Shown here: piece by piece, positions 28,310 through 41,435 of the stretch | How positions within the stretch are numbered: the first letter of the stretch is position 1 | Layout: each line of letters starts with the position of its first letter | Source of the DNA: Octopus vulgaris | Taxonomy: Eukaryota | Reading direction: 5' to 3' | Assembly (NCBI GenBank): GCA_951406725.2 | Contig: OX597825.1 | Location: 42,780,001-42,844,000 of the forward strand | Length of the DNA stretch: 64,000 nt | Notes under the pieces: generated by a model | The model's input: the letters and a program-made list of their open reading frames with translations, nothing else | Databases searched by the model: none | What the model was told of the DNA's origin: nothing | Program-made: the position numbers and the translations under genes

Positions 28310-28710
28310 TAAATGCAAAACGAGGTGGAAAATATAGCACTCGAATACCAAAGGTAGAGAAATGTGCCTTTTTATTAAAGCTACGAAAACATAACAAAAA
28401 ACTGATTCAGTTTCACGTTCTCGTTCGTCGGACAGTGATCAAGTCTTAAGTTCTTGTGACGTTTTTGCAGCTTTAATCAGAAAGTTTGTATGTATACTTT
28501 ATTATAGAAGCTGCAAAATATTCACAAGACTCAGAGATTCACGTTCCCTTTCGTCGGACAGTTATGATGAATACTCATAAATAATCCGACGAACGGGAGC
28601 ATGAAAGTGAGTAAAAATTCTCTTAATATTTTAAAGCTTTTATAATAAAGCATATTATTCTACCCTTGGTATTCGAGTACTATTTTTTCGCTATTGTTTT
28701 GCACTTACGT
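28310..28710. mobile_element. Tandem/inverted pseudo-LTR-like fragments with three HHR-like motifs
   Basis: 28315-28432 is approximately the reverse complement of 28585-28705. The motif (tg)tccgacga-a(c/a)g-4nt-c(g/a)t-gaa occurs three times. Confidence 0.65.
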
Positions 28711-28722
28711 ATCTATGTAACC

Positions 28723-29713
<991 letters not shown>

Positions 29714-29856
29714 TACACGCGCGCGCACGCACACACACATAAAGAACATTAATATTGATGAGAGATATTAATGTTTGTGGCCGCAAGCTACAGCCGTATA
29801 GGCAAAATAATATATATATATATATATTCAATTTTATGGAATGGAGTAGGTCAAAT

Positions 29857-29945
29857 CTAGACTACATATGTTTCCTAGCTAGTTGAACCTCGGAAGTAGT
29901 AATTACTCAACGAGGGATACTCCGCTAGCTAGTCATCAGGCCAAA
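29857..29945 (-). ncRNA. Minimal type I hammerhead ribozyme motif with intact core
   Basis: Reads uuuggc CUGAUGA cuagcuag[40 nt]cuagcuag GAAA cauaug UA gucuag. Stem III is the palindrome ACAUAUGU and the cleavage triplet is GUA. Confidence 0.75.
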
Positions 29946-30850
29946 CATACATTTCCCTAAATTTGGATTTTTATTCACATACACAGCAACCCTTGTAGCT
30001 AATCATGAACTATAAAATAACACTGTTTTCGGCTTATCGAACTTCGATATGGGAAAAATTTACAATCTTCAACGTTAATAAACCATTATTGCGAGTGAAA
30101 GTTGCTTTTTATTAATCTATTGACTGCTTGAGGCTTACTAACTTCCTACACCGGGATTTTTGGGTCTTACCTTTATCTATATTTCAGGTCATCCCATTAG
30201 TAATGTCCGAATTTTGGGTAAAGTTACCTAATTTTACAATTTATTAAAATTTAGGACTTTTATCTGCTCATCAGTTTTCAATTCCATTGGTGACAAACCC
30301 TTTTGGACTTGATGCAAAGAGAGGTTAATTTCGACCTTTTGGGGGCTTTTGAGTACTCATCCTACTAAATGTCAGTCATGTCTGCAGGAGGCGTGTGTTC
30401 GAGTCCCACGGGCAGCCTTCGACTTTTTCTATCCAAAAGGCTTTTTCATCCTGTATTTACGTGGTTTTATTTATAACTTTTTATGGTCCAATTCCCCAAA
30501 AGAATCACACACACACACACATACGCCACATACACACACACACGCCACATACAAACATACACAGACACACACGCCACATACACACACACGCACGCACGCA
30601 CAAATTTAGTATACTCTGGATAATAACCTTAAAACATGCGTTTAAAAGCCCCTATACTTTTATTGGCAACCATACTAATAACAAAAAAAAAACGCTTTAG
30701 AAACTACTCTGCATCATTTTTCAAAAGGTACCAGAATTAGTGCACCTTGCTCGCGGACCTTTTATGGATCCTGAAAAGGAAGTAAAATAGATTACGTAAC
30801 CTTTGTAAGCCCTTTAAAATTTAAAACTATAATATATACATATATATATC

Positions 30851-31020
30851 CTAGCAGTATAACCCGGCATTGCCCGGGATTAAGTTATGATTATTAAGCT
30901 AATCAAGTTCTTTATTTCAAACCAAACTAAGTAATATAGACGTCAAATTTGGGTTAAATCCGTTGAAATTAGTTATACTATATATATATATTATATATAT
31001 ATTATATATATCATATATAT

Positions 31021-31067
<47 letters not shown>

Positions 31068-31490
31068 ATATAAATATATATGGGCAACAGACACGAACAC
31101 ACATACAAACACGTACGTACGTACACCTATTGCATGTTTTGTGCACGCATACATGTTCATAAACAGAAATGAATGTTAAATTTGTAGATTAACACTCGCA
31201 CGATTTTCACTAAGAAAAACAAAATTGTTTTTTTTGCGTGGAATAAACTACTCTGGCCTCAAAACCCTTTTTGTGGTCCGTGAAACGGAGTGGGGTGTAG
31301 TGGAAGCCTCGCAAATTGTACCCATTTATATTGTGTAATTCACTGACAAATTGTTACTCTTTGTTTCTTTGTTGTTAAATAAATGGATTATCAGCAAAAC
31401 ACTTTCTTACTCGGCGTAAAATAAGAACAAAACTCTTTTGCACCCAAAGTAATGTGAGTGAGAGAGAGAGGGGGAGAAAGATGAGCGATT
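30851..31490 (-). mobile_element. Helitron-like 3' end and decayed body
   Basis: ctagcagtataacccggcattgcccggg is the reverse complement of a hairpin plus CTAG terminus. The extent is uncertain. Confidence 0.5.
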
Positions 31491-31720
31491 TAAAATAAAT
31501 ATATTGTAATTTGATTTTGGATTTGGTTTGCAAGATTCTTTATATGAGTTCGTATGTTGAAGCATATTCTGTTGTGTCTAGGGAGAGTCATTTTCTTTTT
31601 GTACCTTATTATTTAACACACAAACCGGTAAAATTTCCACTTATTTCTTATTTTTATTTTCCTAAAATTTTCGTTGCGTGTTGCAACATTTTCAATAGTT
31701 TTGACTCTGTCCGTTATTTA
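31490..31720 (-). mobile_element. PLE pseudo-LTR fragment with variant HHR and ORF start (MTLPRHNRICFNIRTHIKNLANQ)
   Basis: Homologous to 4570-4800 at DNA and peptide level. ATG at 31591. Confidence 0.7.
31662..31698 (-). ncRNA. Minimal hammerhead-like motif, U3-A8 core variant
   Basis: Reads cua UUGAAAA u guugc-aacac-gcaac GAAA au UU uag. Confidence 0.6.
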
Positions 31721-31721
31721 C

Positions 31722-32259
31722 ATTGCGTTCCCTTTTGTTTGTTTGTGCACATGTGTGTGGGTCAGTGTATGTGTGTGCCTATACATGCATGCATGTACGT
31801 ATGTATGTGTGTGCGTGTTTGCATGTATTTGTATGTATATATGTGTGTGTATGCATATGTATATATGTATGTATGTGTGTGCATCTGTATGTACGTATCC
31901 TGCATATTTATGTGCTTGCATGTCTGTTGTTTGTGTATTTGTGTGTGAGCATATGTTTGTATATATATATGCACCTCTGTCTCCTTGTGTGTGCATATCT
32001 GTGTGTGTTGTGTAACTATGTACCATGTTTGTATGTATGGATGTGCATATTTATATGTGTGGATCCGTGTCTCCATATGTGTCCGTTCATATAGTCTATA
32101 TACCTATCCGTCTGTATATTGATCTGTTTATTTACATATCTAAAATAAGAACACATGCAAACACACACACGCATACATACGTACATGCGTGCATGTATAG
32201 GCACACACACTCACACTGACCCACACATATGTGCACAAACAAACAAAAAGGAACGCAGT
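31722..32259. repeat. ~105-bp inverted repeat (31722-31827 / 32151-32259) around a degenerate TG tract
   Basis: tgcgttccctttt...gtgggtcagtgt..tgcctatacatgc pairs with gcatgtataggcac...acactgacccacac...aaaaggaacgca. Confidence 0.85.
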
Positions 32260-32357
32260 ATATTGTAATTGTTGTGTGAGAAAGTATATATACTATGATT
32301 ATAAAATATAGTTTCTTTCAAAAACAAAAAACAAAACATTTTATATTTTATTTTTTA

Positions 32358-33494
32358 CTAGCATTATGACCTGTCGTTGCCGGGTCATAGTGGTAGTGCA
32401 TGTATATATGTGCATATATATGTGTACATATTACATGTACATCTATATATATATACATCTACACATAAAATACAAAATACATATCGCTAGTGATAACAAT
32501 ACTCAAAATATATAACAGACTGGAATTGTTAGCCCGTCTCTTGTAATTTCGATCAATTGTATCTTGTCCTCCCTTTTGTATAGAAGTGTGGCTACAATCC
32601 AGCCTACCTCTACTTCTGGGTGGGGGGGGGACATTTTAAATTTTTATCCGGGACGTCCTACGTCCCAGATATAAAGGTAAAAATAAAATATTTCCACTTT
32701 GCAAGTTCGAGTCGAGTACTCCCTTGCACGCTCCGTTGACTCGAACCTTGCTTCTATTGTGGCGAATTTACCGCATCTGGTTAGATATCTTTCATAGTCA
32801 TACCAAGAAACTTTTCGAAGGTGCTTTCATCCAGGTGTTCAAATCTTTCTTCTCTACATTGTATACTTTATAGACAATAGTTTTTTCTTTAATTTAATTT
32901 TTTATTATCCATCTGGACTATTCCATTTCTGCACACTAATTTTATTTTTAATTTATTCCCATTCATGTGAAACCTCTTATTCAAGTTCAAGTCATTGAGG
33001 CAATTTTATACCAAGTGCTATTTTTACTTTTGTTATGTTACGATTATATTATACTTTAGTTTGATTTTAATCATTTCTTACTACATATAATCCAGTTGCT
33101 ATTATTATTTTTATTGTTAAAGTGAAAGTATCTGACATAAATAGAGAAATGCTTTGTTTCACTTTTAACACGTAATACTGAAATAGTGGAGAAGATATGA
33201 TATTGCTATGGGCTTGCTCTAGGCAAGAAGTTGAACATTTTTTTGCCTATGAAACTACATGGACCCGAAGTAAGGCATGTGAAAATTTGAATGAAATTGG
33301 TTGTGTAGTTCTCAAGTTTTAGGGAATCGTAGTGGAGAAGATATGATATTGCTGTGGGCTCTCCCTAGGCAAAAAATTCACTCCCCGGACCCTAAGTAAG
33401 GCATGTGTAAAAGTTGAATGAAATTGGTTGTGTAGTTCTCAAGTTTTAGGGAAACACACAGACAGACACACATTCTCAGTTTTATATATATAGA
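32358..33494 (-). mobile_element. Non-autonomous Helitron-like element with internal ~130-bp tandem duplication
   Basis: A|TCTATATATATAAAA ... tgacccggcaacgacaggtca hairpin ... CTAG|T. 33184-33326 is duplicated at 33330-33453. Confidence 0.72.
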
Positions 33495-33495
33495 T

Positions 33496-33955
33496 GAACG
33501 TCATCACTTACTCTCTTTCTCTCTTCCTCTCTCACTTTGTCTTTCCCGTGAAACTCTCTGCCGCCTTCTTCCACTTTTCTTTATCTTATTGTTTTTGTTA
33601 GACGCCGTCCATAAACAATGGCTAAAAATAGATTTTCATGAACGCCATCACTTACTCTCCCTCTCTCACTTTGTCTTTCCCGTGAAACTCTTTGCCTCCT
33701 TCTCCCACTTTTCTTAATATTTTTTTTGTTAGACGCTGTCTAAAAGCAATGGCCGATATTTTTATGACTAAAAGCTATGGTTCAAAATAGAATTTTACCG
33801 CTATCCGCGGGTGTCCCGGGAGAAAATAAGTTGACAAAACCTAGATAGGATGTTGATGAATGTACTCCTAAAATTTGAGCGGCGTGCGTGCTAATTTGTG
33901 GATGTACATAAATTACAATCACGCACGCACATCATGCCTTTTATAGATATGATAT
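33496..33955 (-). mobile_element. Helitron-like fragment with tandem duplication
   Basis: 33496-33625 is repeated at 33640-33755. It ends in ttttatagatatgat, like the other Helitron-like 5' ends. Confidence 0.5.
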
Positions 33956-34042
33956 ATATATATATATAAGGATAAGATAGTTATTTAAATACCGATCTTA
34001 TCAGTTGGCAAGCACGGGAATAAAAACCTTCAAAGGTAATAA

Positions 34043-34680
34043 TCTCTCTATATATAAAGCTGAAGACGGCGAGCTGGCAGAAACGTTAGCACGCCGGGCG
34101 AAATGCGTAGCCGTATTTTGTCTGCCGTTACGTTCTGAGTTCAAATTCCGTCGAGGTCGACTTTACCTTTCATCCTTTCGGGGTTGATAAATTAAGTACC
34201 AGTTACGCACTGGAGTCAATGTAATCGACTTAATCCCTTTGTCCGTCCTTGTTTGTCCTCTCTATGTTTAGCCCCTTGTGGGTAGTAAAGAAATATATAT
34301 ATAAAGCTGAAGTTGTCTGTGTATAGCAGGTTTGGTAGACTTCAACTAGCACTATCTCCTCTGAGACGCTGCGGCGCAAGTTGACCAAAATTGAGAGTAT
34401 GATAAAAGAAGGCTTGCTCTTCCTTCCGTAGAAGAAAAATTCAAATCAAACCATGTTAACACCAAAAATTATTTACATTAAAAGGTGCTCTTTTTCTATG
34501 AAAATCCCTATTTTTTTACCATTTTTTGACTGCTGTGTCGACATTTTTCTGTGTATTTCAACCAGAAAAATGTTCACTTAAAGAGAATAACAAGCTACAT
34601 AACGCAAAATTTTTACTCTTCAAAAATTCCAATCATAAAGGGTCGAAACAAACCCGAGCAACGCCGGGAGATACTGCAAG
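34043..34680 (+). mobile_element. Non-autonomous Helitron-like element interrupted by a SINE
   Basis: A|TCTCTCTATATATAAAGC ... cccgagcaacgccggg hairpin ... CAAG|T (mutated CTAG). Confidence 0.7.
34065..34295 (+). mobile_element. tRNA-derived SINE, family B, full length with 16-bp TSD
   Basis: A-box-like ctggcagaaacgttag, B-box gagttcaaattcc and core ggtcgactttacctttcatcctttcgggg. The TSD tatatataaagctgaa is at 34049-34064 and 34296-34311. Confidence 0.92.
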
Positions 34681-34688
34681 TTATTATT

Positions 34689-34849
34689 AAAATTATAATT
34701 TAGGGTATCTAAGAGATATGACCACCCTGGAAATAGCAGCCAAAACTTGACTCTAAAACCACATTAAATATTTAATGTGGTTTTAGAGTCAAGTTTTGGC
34801 TTCTATTGCAGCGTGGTAGTATTTCTTAGATAGCCTAAATTATAATTTT
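34689..34849. repeat. Spacerless palindrome (~80-bp arms)
   Basis: Perfect 31-bp inner arms at 34739-34769 / 34770-34800; imperfect outer arms. Confidence 0.92.
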
Positions 34850-36621
34850 ATATATATATATATATGGAGAGAGAGAAATGTCTCTGAAAATGGACATAGA
34901 AAATAGATCAGTGAAAAGAGGTAGTTTAGGTTAGTTTAGGTAAAAATAGAAATTCGTAGGGCCCCGTCGATATGATTAATCCCAATAGCAAAATTTCAAA
35001 CATCGATATTCTAAGAATATGCACCAGTCCTATATTTCATGTTTTATAGCTGCGTTTTTCAATATTATTGGATTCATATTTTTCGATTATATCTACAATG
35101 TTAATCTTTGTATTGGCATACTAATAGAAGGAGTTATCAGTCACCACGGCACTTTGCAGGTCTACTTTAACTGGTAGGAAGATTGGATGAATTTTAGGAT
35201 AATTTATATTTAGGTCAATTTTTAACAGAGCGGATATTTTTTTAAAGATTCATTTTAAGATTCATTCAATGAGAAACAACTGGGTTCATTTTATAGACAC
35301 AGTGAGAATTTGTGCCGCAGCTGGTAATCTTAGACCGTCAAGTTGTACCTGAAATGTATATTTATTTATTTATTCTTGTTTTGGTAGAGTGTGGAAAGGC
35401 GACACTGGAAAGTTTTCTCTAAAGCGCAAGCCGAGCAAAGGCCGTATGAAAGACCAGCCGTTGCTTATGTAGAAGGTACCTATTCTACACGACACTATCG
35501 TCCGATAAAAAGTATTCGGACCGTTATAGCTTGGCAGCATTGCCACAACAAAGTTAGAATAATGTCGGACTGCCTTGAAAACACCACCAACGGTTTAATG
35601 TTGATTGAATAGATCTTCCCACCAAGTATTAGATTGTTTCTGGTAGCTTTTCTTTTAAGAACCCCGGAATGATAAAAGAAAAAATTGATTTTAGTGGAGT
35701 TCGAATTCAGAACATCAAAATATGGAACAATTCCGACAAAGAGTTTTGTCCGATGCTGAAATAGTCCTGTCATGAAATGCCCTAATATCAAGCGACATCT
35801 CAAGAAATCTTTTAGTAAATAACAGTAGTAGCTTTGCAAATAAATAGTTTTATACCAGAATGTTTCACTGCTTTTATGTGTAAAAATATCGATCAAAATG
35901 TTGAAATAATCAAAAGCAACCAAACTAAAAAAAAAAATGTGTACATATGATGTTTTAAAAGGATATTTTTATGTTATTCAGTCAAGAAAGAACCAGCAAA
36001 AAATTCCTGAAGATGACTCTGTTAAAATTACCCTCAGATATTACAATTTTTCTTTTCATAATATTTTGGAAGACTGGTAGACAATTGTTAAATGTTTGCG
36101 TGTATTTTTTACGCATTTTTAATCAATTCTCTGCACAATATAAAGAATAGGTAATGGAGAGGTTAAAACAATTCTTTTGTTTAGAAATAGTAAGCTCCAA
36201 GGCATTGAAATCAATTGTAAACTAAAAATTATGCATACACACCGGATACAGAAGAATAATTAGAAATATCAACTATTCACAGAAGCTGCTCGGTTTTGAA
36301 AGAAAGTTAATGAAATTCTGAGAAAAACACTTCCAGAAAAATACCCATTGCTTTAAACATTTCATGGAACAAATCAATAAGTTTCCTTTTTACATGAAGA
36401 AAGTTTCAGATTTCCTTATCAAAGACTGAATAAAATAATGTTTATCAGTTTTCAAAGTACTGATTAATACTGTGCTTTTAAATACTTCACCTACTCAATA
36501 GCTTATTTCCCTATCTCTATACTTCATTCGACAGTCTATTGGCTTAAAATTCCTTTTACTTTGACGTATTTCTCTCTTATTTCACTGTGTAATTGATCAC
36601 CCCCACATCACAATAAATTCA

Positions 36622-36892
36622 TTGGCTTAGTGGTTAGGATGTCCGGCTCACGATCGTAAAGTCATTAGTTAGATTTCTCTTGATCAAGATACTTGCTCCA
36701 GTCCAATCAGCTGGCAAACAGGAGTAGAACTTTCATTTAAAAGGGCCAGTCTTACCACATTCTGGTTCATACTGAATCTCTGAGAACTACATTAAGGTAT
36801 ACGTGTTTGTGGAGTGTTGAGCTACATGCAAGATAATTTCACGAGTGGGCTGTTCGGATCAACTGGAATCCTTATTGTCGTAACCGACAGTT
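36622..36892 (+). mobile_element. Degenerate tRNA-derived SINE, family C
   Basis: tRNA-like head tggcttagtggttagg...cacgatcgtaa and central cttgctccagtccaatcagctggcaaa. Confidence 0.6.
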
Positions 36893-37294
36893 CCAGGTAC
36901 ACAGGTAAGTGAATACTAAGAATCACAAAACTTCAGTAAATGCTGCACGTTGCAGTACCCTGATTATTACTGAATAACATCTAAATAGCACCAGTAATAT
37001 TTAACTAATGACATTCAAAGTTGTCTGATCAATTAAGCAATATTCTATTCTGTTGCATGACTGTATGAGAAATTCATTTCTTTTGTAACCATAGCCTTCG
37101 TTAATTAACACAAAGTGATGTGGGTTTTCATAAACTGTAACGTCAAGAAATGTTTTTTTCTAAGATTATAGAGTACGTTGGCTTTGACTTTTTAGTTAGG
37201 TGCCAGGTCTAATGGGCCATAGTTTCAAGTAAGTCGTAGCTTACATTTTTGAGTGAAAGAAGTTAGAGACCTGTATATATATATATTATAATAA

Positions 37295-37415
37295 TATTAT
37301 TAGGGAGTAAATCCAAACTTATAGGGAAAAATTAGATTTAGGATTAAATCTAATTTTACAGTATAAATATAAATTAACTTAGAGATAAAATAATAGTGGT
37401 TTTATCTCTAATTTA

Positions 37416-37422
<7 letters not shown>
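37295..37422. repeat. Short double-hairpin element between (TA)n tracts
   Basis: aaaattagattta..taaatctaatttt and taaattaacttagagataaaa...ttttatctctaatttaattta. Confidence 0.7.
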
Positions 37423-37445
<23 letters not shown>

Positions 37446-37451
<6 letters not shown>

Positions 37452-37839
37452 TATAAGCAAGGACTAAAGAAGGTTAATTCTAAAGCCAATATACTGATAA
37501 TCCACATTTAATCTACTTGCTACAGAAAGTTGAACTGAAATTCGGGCAACTATACCTTTGGAACATTTAAATTTCATTATCTCAATATTGAATCAATTTC
37601 GGGATTAGCCACATAAGGGTTCGTTCGTCTTCAGTTAAGCTTACGAGAGAATATAAGTAAGACACTCACATGCGCCTCTGGAACACAGCGGAAGCGAATA
37701 ACACAAGTACATCTGAGTAACCCAATTATATCCAAAAATAAAAATTTCAGTTCAACTTTCTGTAGCAAGTAGATTAAATGTGGATTATCAGTATATTGGC
37801 TTTAGAATTAACCTTCTTTAGCCCTTGCTTATAAGATAT
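37446..37839. repeat. 97-bp near-perfect inverted repeat (one mismatch) with 200-bp spacer
   Basis: 37446-37542 is the reverse complement of 37743-37839. Confidence 0.92.
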
Positions 37840-37935
37840 TTATAATTTTTAACCGTAAAGGTTCTTTTAATATACTGCCGCAATTCCTGATGGAGTTTTT
37901 TTCTGTAGAGAAAAAAGGCTTCATCCCTTTTAATA

Positions 37936-37981
<46 letters not shown>

Positions 37982-38312
37982 TTAATCAGTATATTCTATT
38001 CTCATTGAATATATTTGATTAACGATATATATTGAGCTCTTTCTATATAAAGAGCACTACGTACTGGATTCATTAAGCATGGAAAACCAATATCTAGGAA
38101 TATCACTTAAAGATATACCTATCCCTTTTAAAGACACCTATTTATTATCTCTGCTTCAGAATTTTTTCAAAAGTTTTAGCCCTAGATTGTACCAACGTAT
38201 ATCTACGCCAGTAACATTTTAAATAACATCCTTAAACATCTTTTTCACATTTTTAATTAGCATTCGATTGACTACATGCATCCTCTTGCATCCTACATTC
38301 ATTCACCATCTT

Positions 38313-38405
38313 TCTCTCTGACAAGTGGATGTATTACCTAATAATGATTATCAATTTCAGATTCCATTTCGAAGGGCAATACATTCATAAAACGATCGTA
38401 AGATA
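38313..38405 (+). ncRNA. Decayed minimal type I hammerhead motif
   Basis: Reads ucu CUGACAA guggauguauuaccu...gggcaauacauucau AAAA cgaucg UA aga. G8 and G12 are lost; the helices are retained. Confidence 0.6.
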
Positions 38406-38999
38406 TTTTAAACTTTTTAAATAATCATACTTTATATATTTATCCATCTATCTATTAATACAATATTATTTTGCACGTATATCTCCTGTGATGAGTTTTT
38501 GATGTCATTTTACTGCTCTTATATTATAATATAATATATATATATGTTAATTATGCAACTGGCTATTTACTTGCATGGAGGCTTGTGGTAAATTTTGTAT
38601 AAACTTGTACGAATACTTAAAATACAGGAGAAGCGATTGTTAACTGATTAACTGTTTAGCTGTAAAACAGCTTTAAATAATATATGCACACACACACAGA
38701 CACGCACATGTATGCATGTGTGTGTGTATGTATATTATTATATGTACACACACATGTGTTGGAGGTGGGGTCACCAGAAGCAATAAATTTCTGGAGTGAA
38801 TGCAAATGTAGAATCTTTATACGAGCCGTTTGCAAAGATCTTGAAACAAAACATAACGATAATCGTTTTCTTCAAAGTTTCCTTTTATTTTTACCAATAA
38901 TATTCAGACAGGGACTAACACTTAAAAAAACTGGCTGATGAACGGAAACCAATTACTCTGAGTACTGGAAATCAGAGCCTTTCATATAATTTATGAGAC

Positions 39000-39151
39000 A
39001 TGAGTGTGGTAAGAAGCTTTCTTTTCAACCACATGGTTCCGGTTTCAGTACCACAGCGTGACACCTTCCGCAAGTGTCTTCTACCATAGCCTCGGGCCGA
39101 CCAAAGCTTTGCGAGTGAATTTGGTAGAGGGAAACTGTAAGAAGCCTAGCG

Positions 39152-39152
<1 letters not shown>
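39000..39152 (+). mobile_element. SINE family A, 5' part
   Basis: gtgtggtaagaagc...aaccacatggttccgg...gcctcgggccgaccaaagc. Confidence 0.85.
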
Positions 39153-39206
<54 letters not shown>

Positions 39207-39839
39207 GTGCGTGTTTGTGTGTGTGTATGTAAGTATGTATGTATGTATCGAGTATGTTTTGTTTTGGTATGATATAGCTGTCTACCAAATGAAGCATGTA
39301 GATGTAAGGTTTGTATGTGACGCTTGATGATAGCGATACCAATGAAGAACATAGAAGAATAATACCAAAAAGGAAAGAATATTATTTGCATCTTATATTT
39401 ACCCGGCAAAAGACAACCGTAATCGTAGTCGACAGTGACAAAAGTTTCGGCCGTTGGCTGGCTGGTAGTCGATAGTGTGGAAGTTGCGTTCTGCTAGTAG
39501 AGGGAGAAAGAGTAGGGAATGTGCTGACAAAGTGAGGAAGAAAGGATAAAGGTAGCATCGTCCATTCTTGGTTTCGGCCGAAAGCTTCTCTTTGTATGGC
39601 GACTGAAGGATGAAGAGAAGTGTTGTTCCTGGTCATGGCTGACACAAAACAGGACTAGAAGGGAAATGGTCTCTACTATATATCTATGGCCAGGAAACTA
39701 GGTCAAATCCTAAACAAAGGACTGACCTTTCTGTGACCAGCAAGGGTCCTTGGAGGTCAAGTGTTTCCCATTAATCATCTAGTGTGGAGATGCAAACACA
39801 AAGGATGCTTGACAAACAATAAAAGAATAGATTCGGTTT

Positions 39840-40410
<571 letters not shown>

Positions 40411-40419
40411 TCAGAGCTC

Positions 40420-40572
40420 TGCCCCCACCCACTTCCACGATTGCTAGACAACTGCTGTTAGTGTGTTTACATCCGTAGAGGATGTAAACACACTAACTTG
40501 TAACCTAGAGGTTCGACAAAAAACCATTTAAGGCGGTGCTCCAGCATAGCCGCAGTCAACTGACTGAAACAA

Positions 40573-40627
<55 letters not shown>

Positions 40628-40800
40628 TAGATAGACATAAACACATTGATTTACATAATATATGTGTGTGTACGTGTATATATATATATATATATATATA
40701 CACGTACACACACAAGGGTTTTTAGTCGAACAAATCGACACCAGTGTGACAGAAACTGGAACCATGTGGTTGCGAACAAGCTTCTTGCCCCACAGCCACA
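40420..40800. mobile_element. SINE family A fragments (3' part + at 40420-40575; deleted copy - at 40715-40800)
   Basis: ggcggtgctccagcatagccgcagtc and aaccatgtggttgcgaacaagcttcttgccccacagcca. Confidence 0.75.
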
Positions 40801-41064
40801 TTATTTATCGCCCATAAAGTGTTCTACTTGTTCGTCGGTGCACCTTGTCTGTTTCAACTGCTATAGCAATGTCATTCAACGACTAACAACAACGTGGGCC
40901 ATAGAGCTTTCAATAAGAATTGAACCTACTACAATAATTCCAACACAAATTTCCCACAGGAATACTCGGAGTCATACTGGGAGAATAAGTGGAGAAGAAA
41001 TAATCTCGGCTTTAGAAATGTATTCATTAATGTAAAGGGGTCCACTTTTCATGAATATCATTCA

Positions 41065-41401
41065 GTTATTTCAATCATTTGATTGCGGTTATGCTGGGAC
41101 ACTGCCTCGAAGGGTTTTAATCGAAGGAATCTCCCCCAGGATTTATTTTTAAGTTTGGAACTTATTATATCGGTCTGTTTTGCCGAACCGCAAAGTTATG
41201 GGGATGTAAACACACCAACACCGGTTGCCAAGCACCGATAGAGGAACAAACAACGATACAAAGACACACACATGCATATATATACATATACGACGGGCTT
41301 TTTTCAGTTTCCGTCTGCCAAACCAATTCACAAGGCTTTGATCGGCCCGAAGCTATAGTAGAATGCACTTGCCCAAGGTGCCATGCAGTGGGACTGAACC
41401 A
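41065..41401 (-). mobile_element. SINE family A
   Basis: Reverse complement of the family-A body up to the B box (gtgggactgaacc). Confidence 0.88.
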
Positions 41402-41435
41402 AGACCCACCTAAAAGTTTGATGCCAGCTTCCGGA

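Noticed and set aside
33184-33755. Repeated blocks that might suggest a CRISPR-like array
   Set aside because: Only two long copies each, no unique spacers, and a eukaryotic transposon context.
38933-38955. CTGATGAacgGAAA
   Set aside because: There is no room for stem II and no stem I; likely chance.
39430-39478. Minus-strand ggccGAAActtttgTCactg half-hammerhead
   Set aside because: The CUGANGA box is absent.
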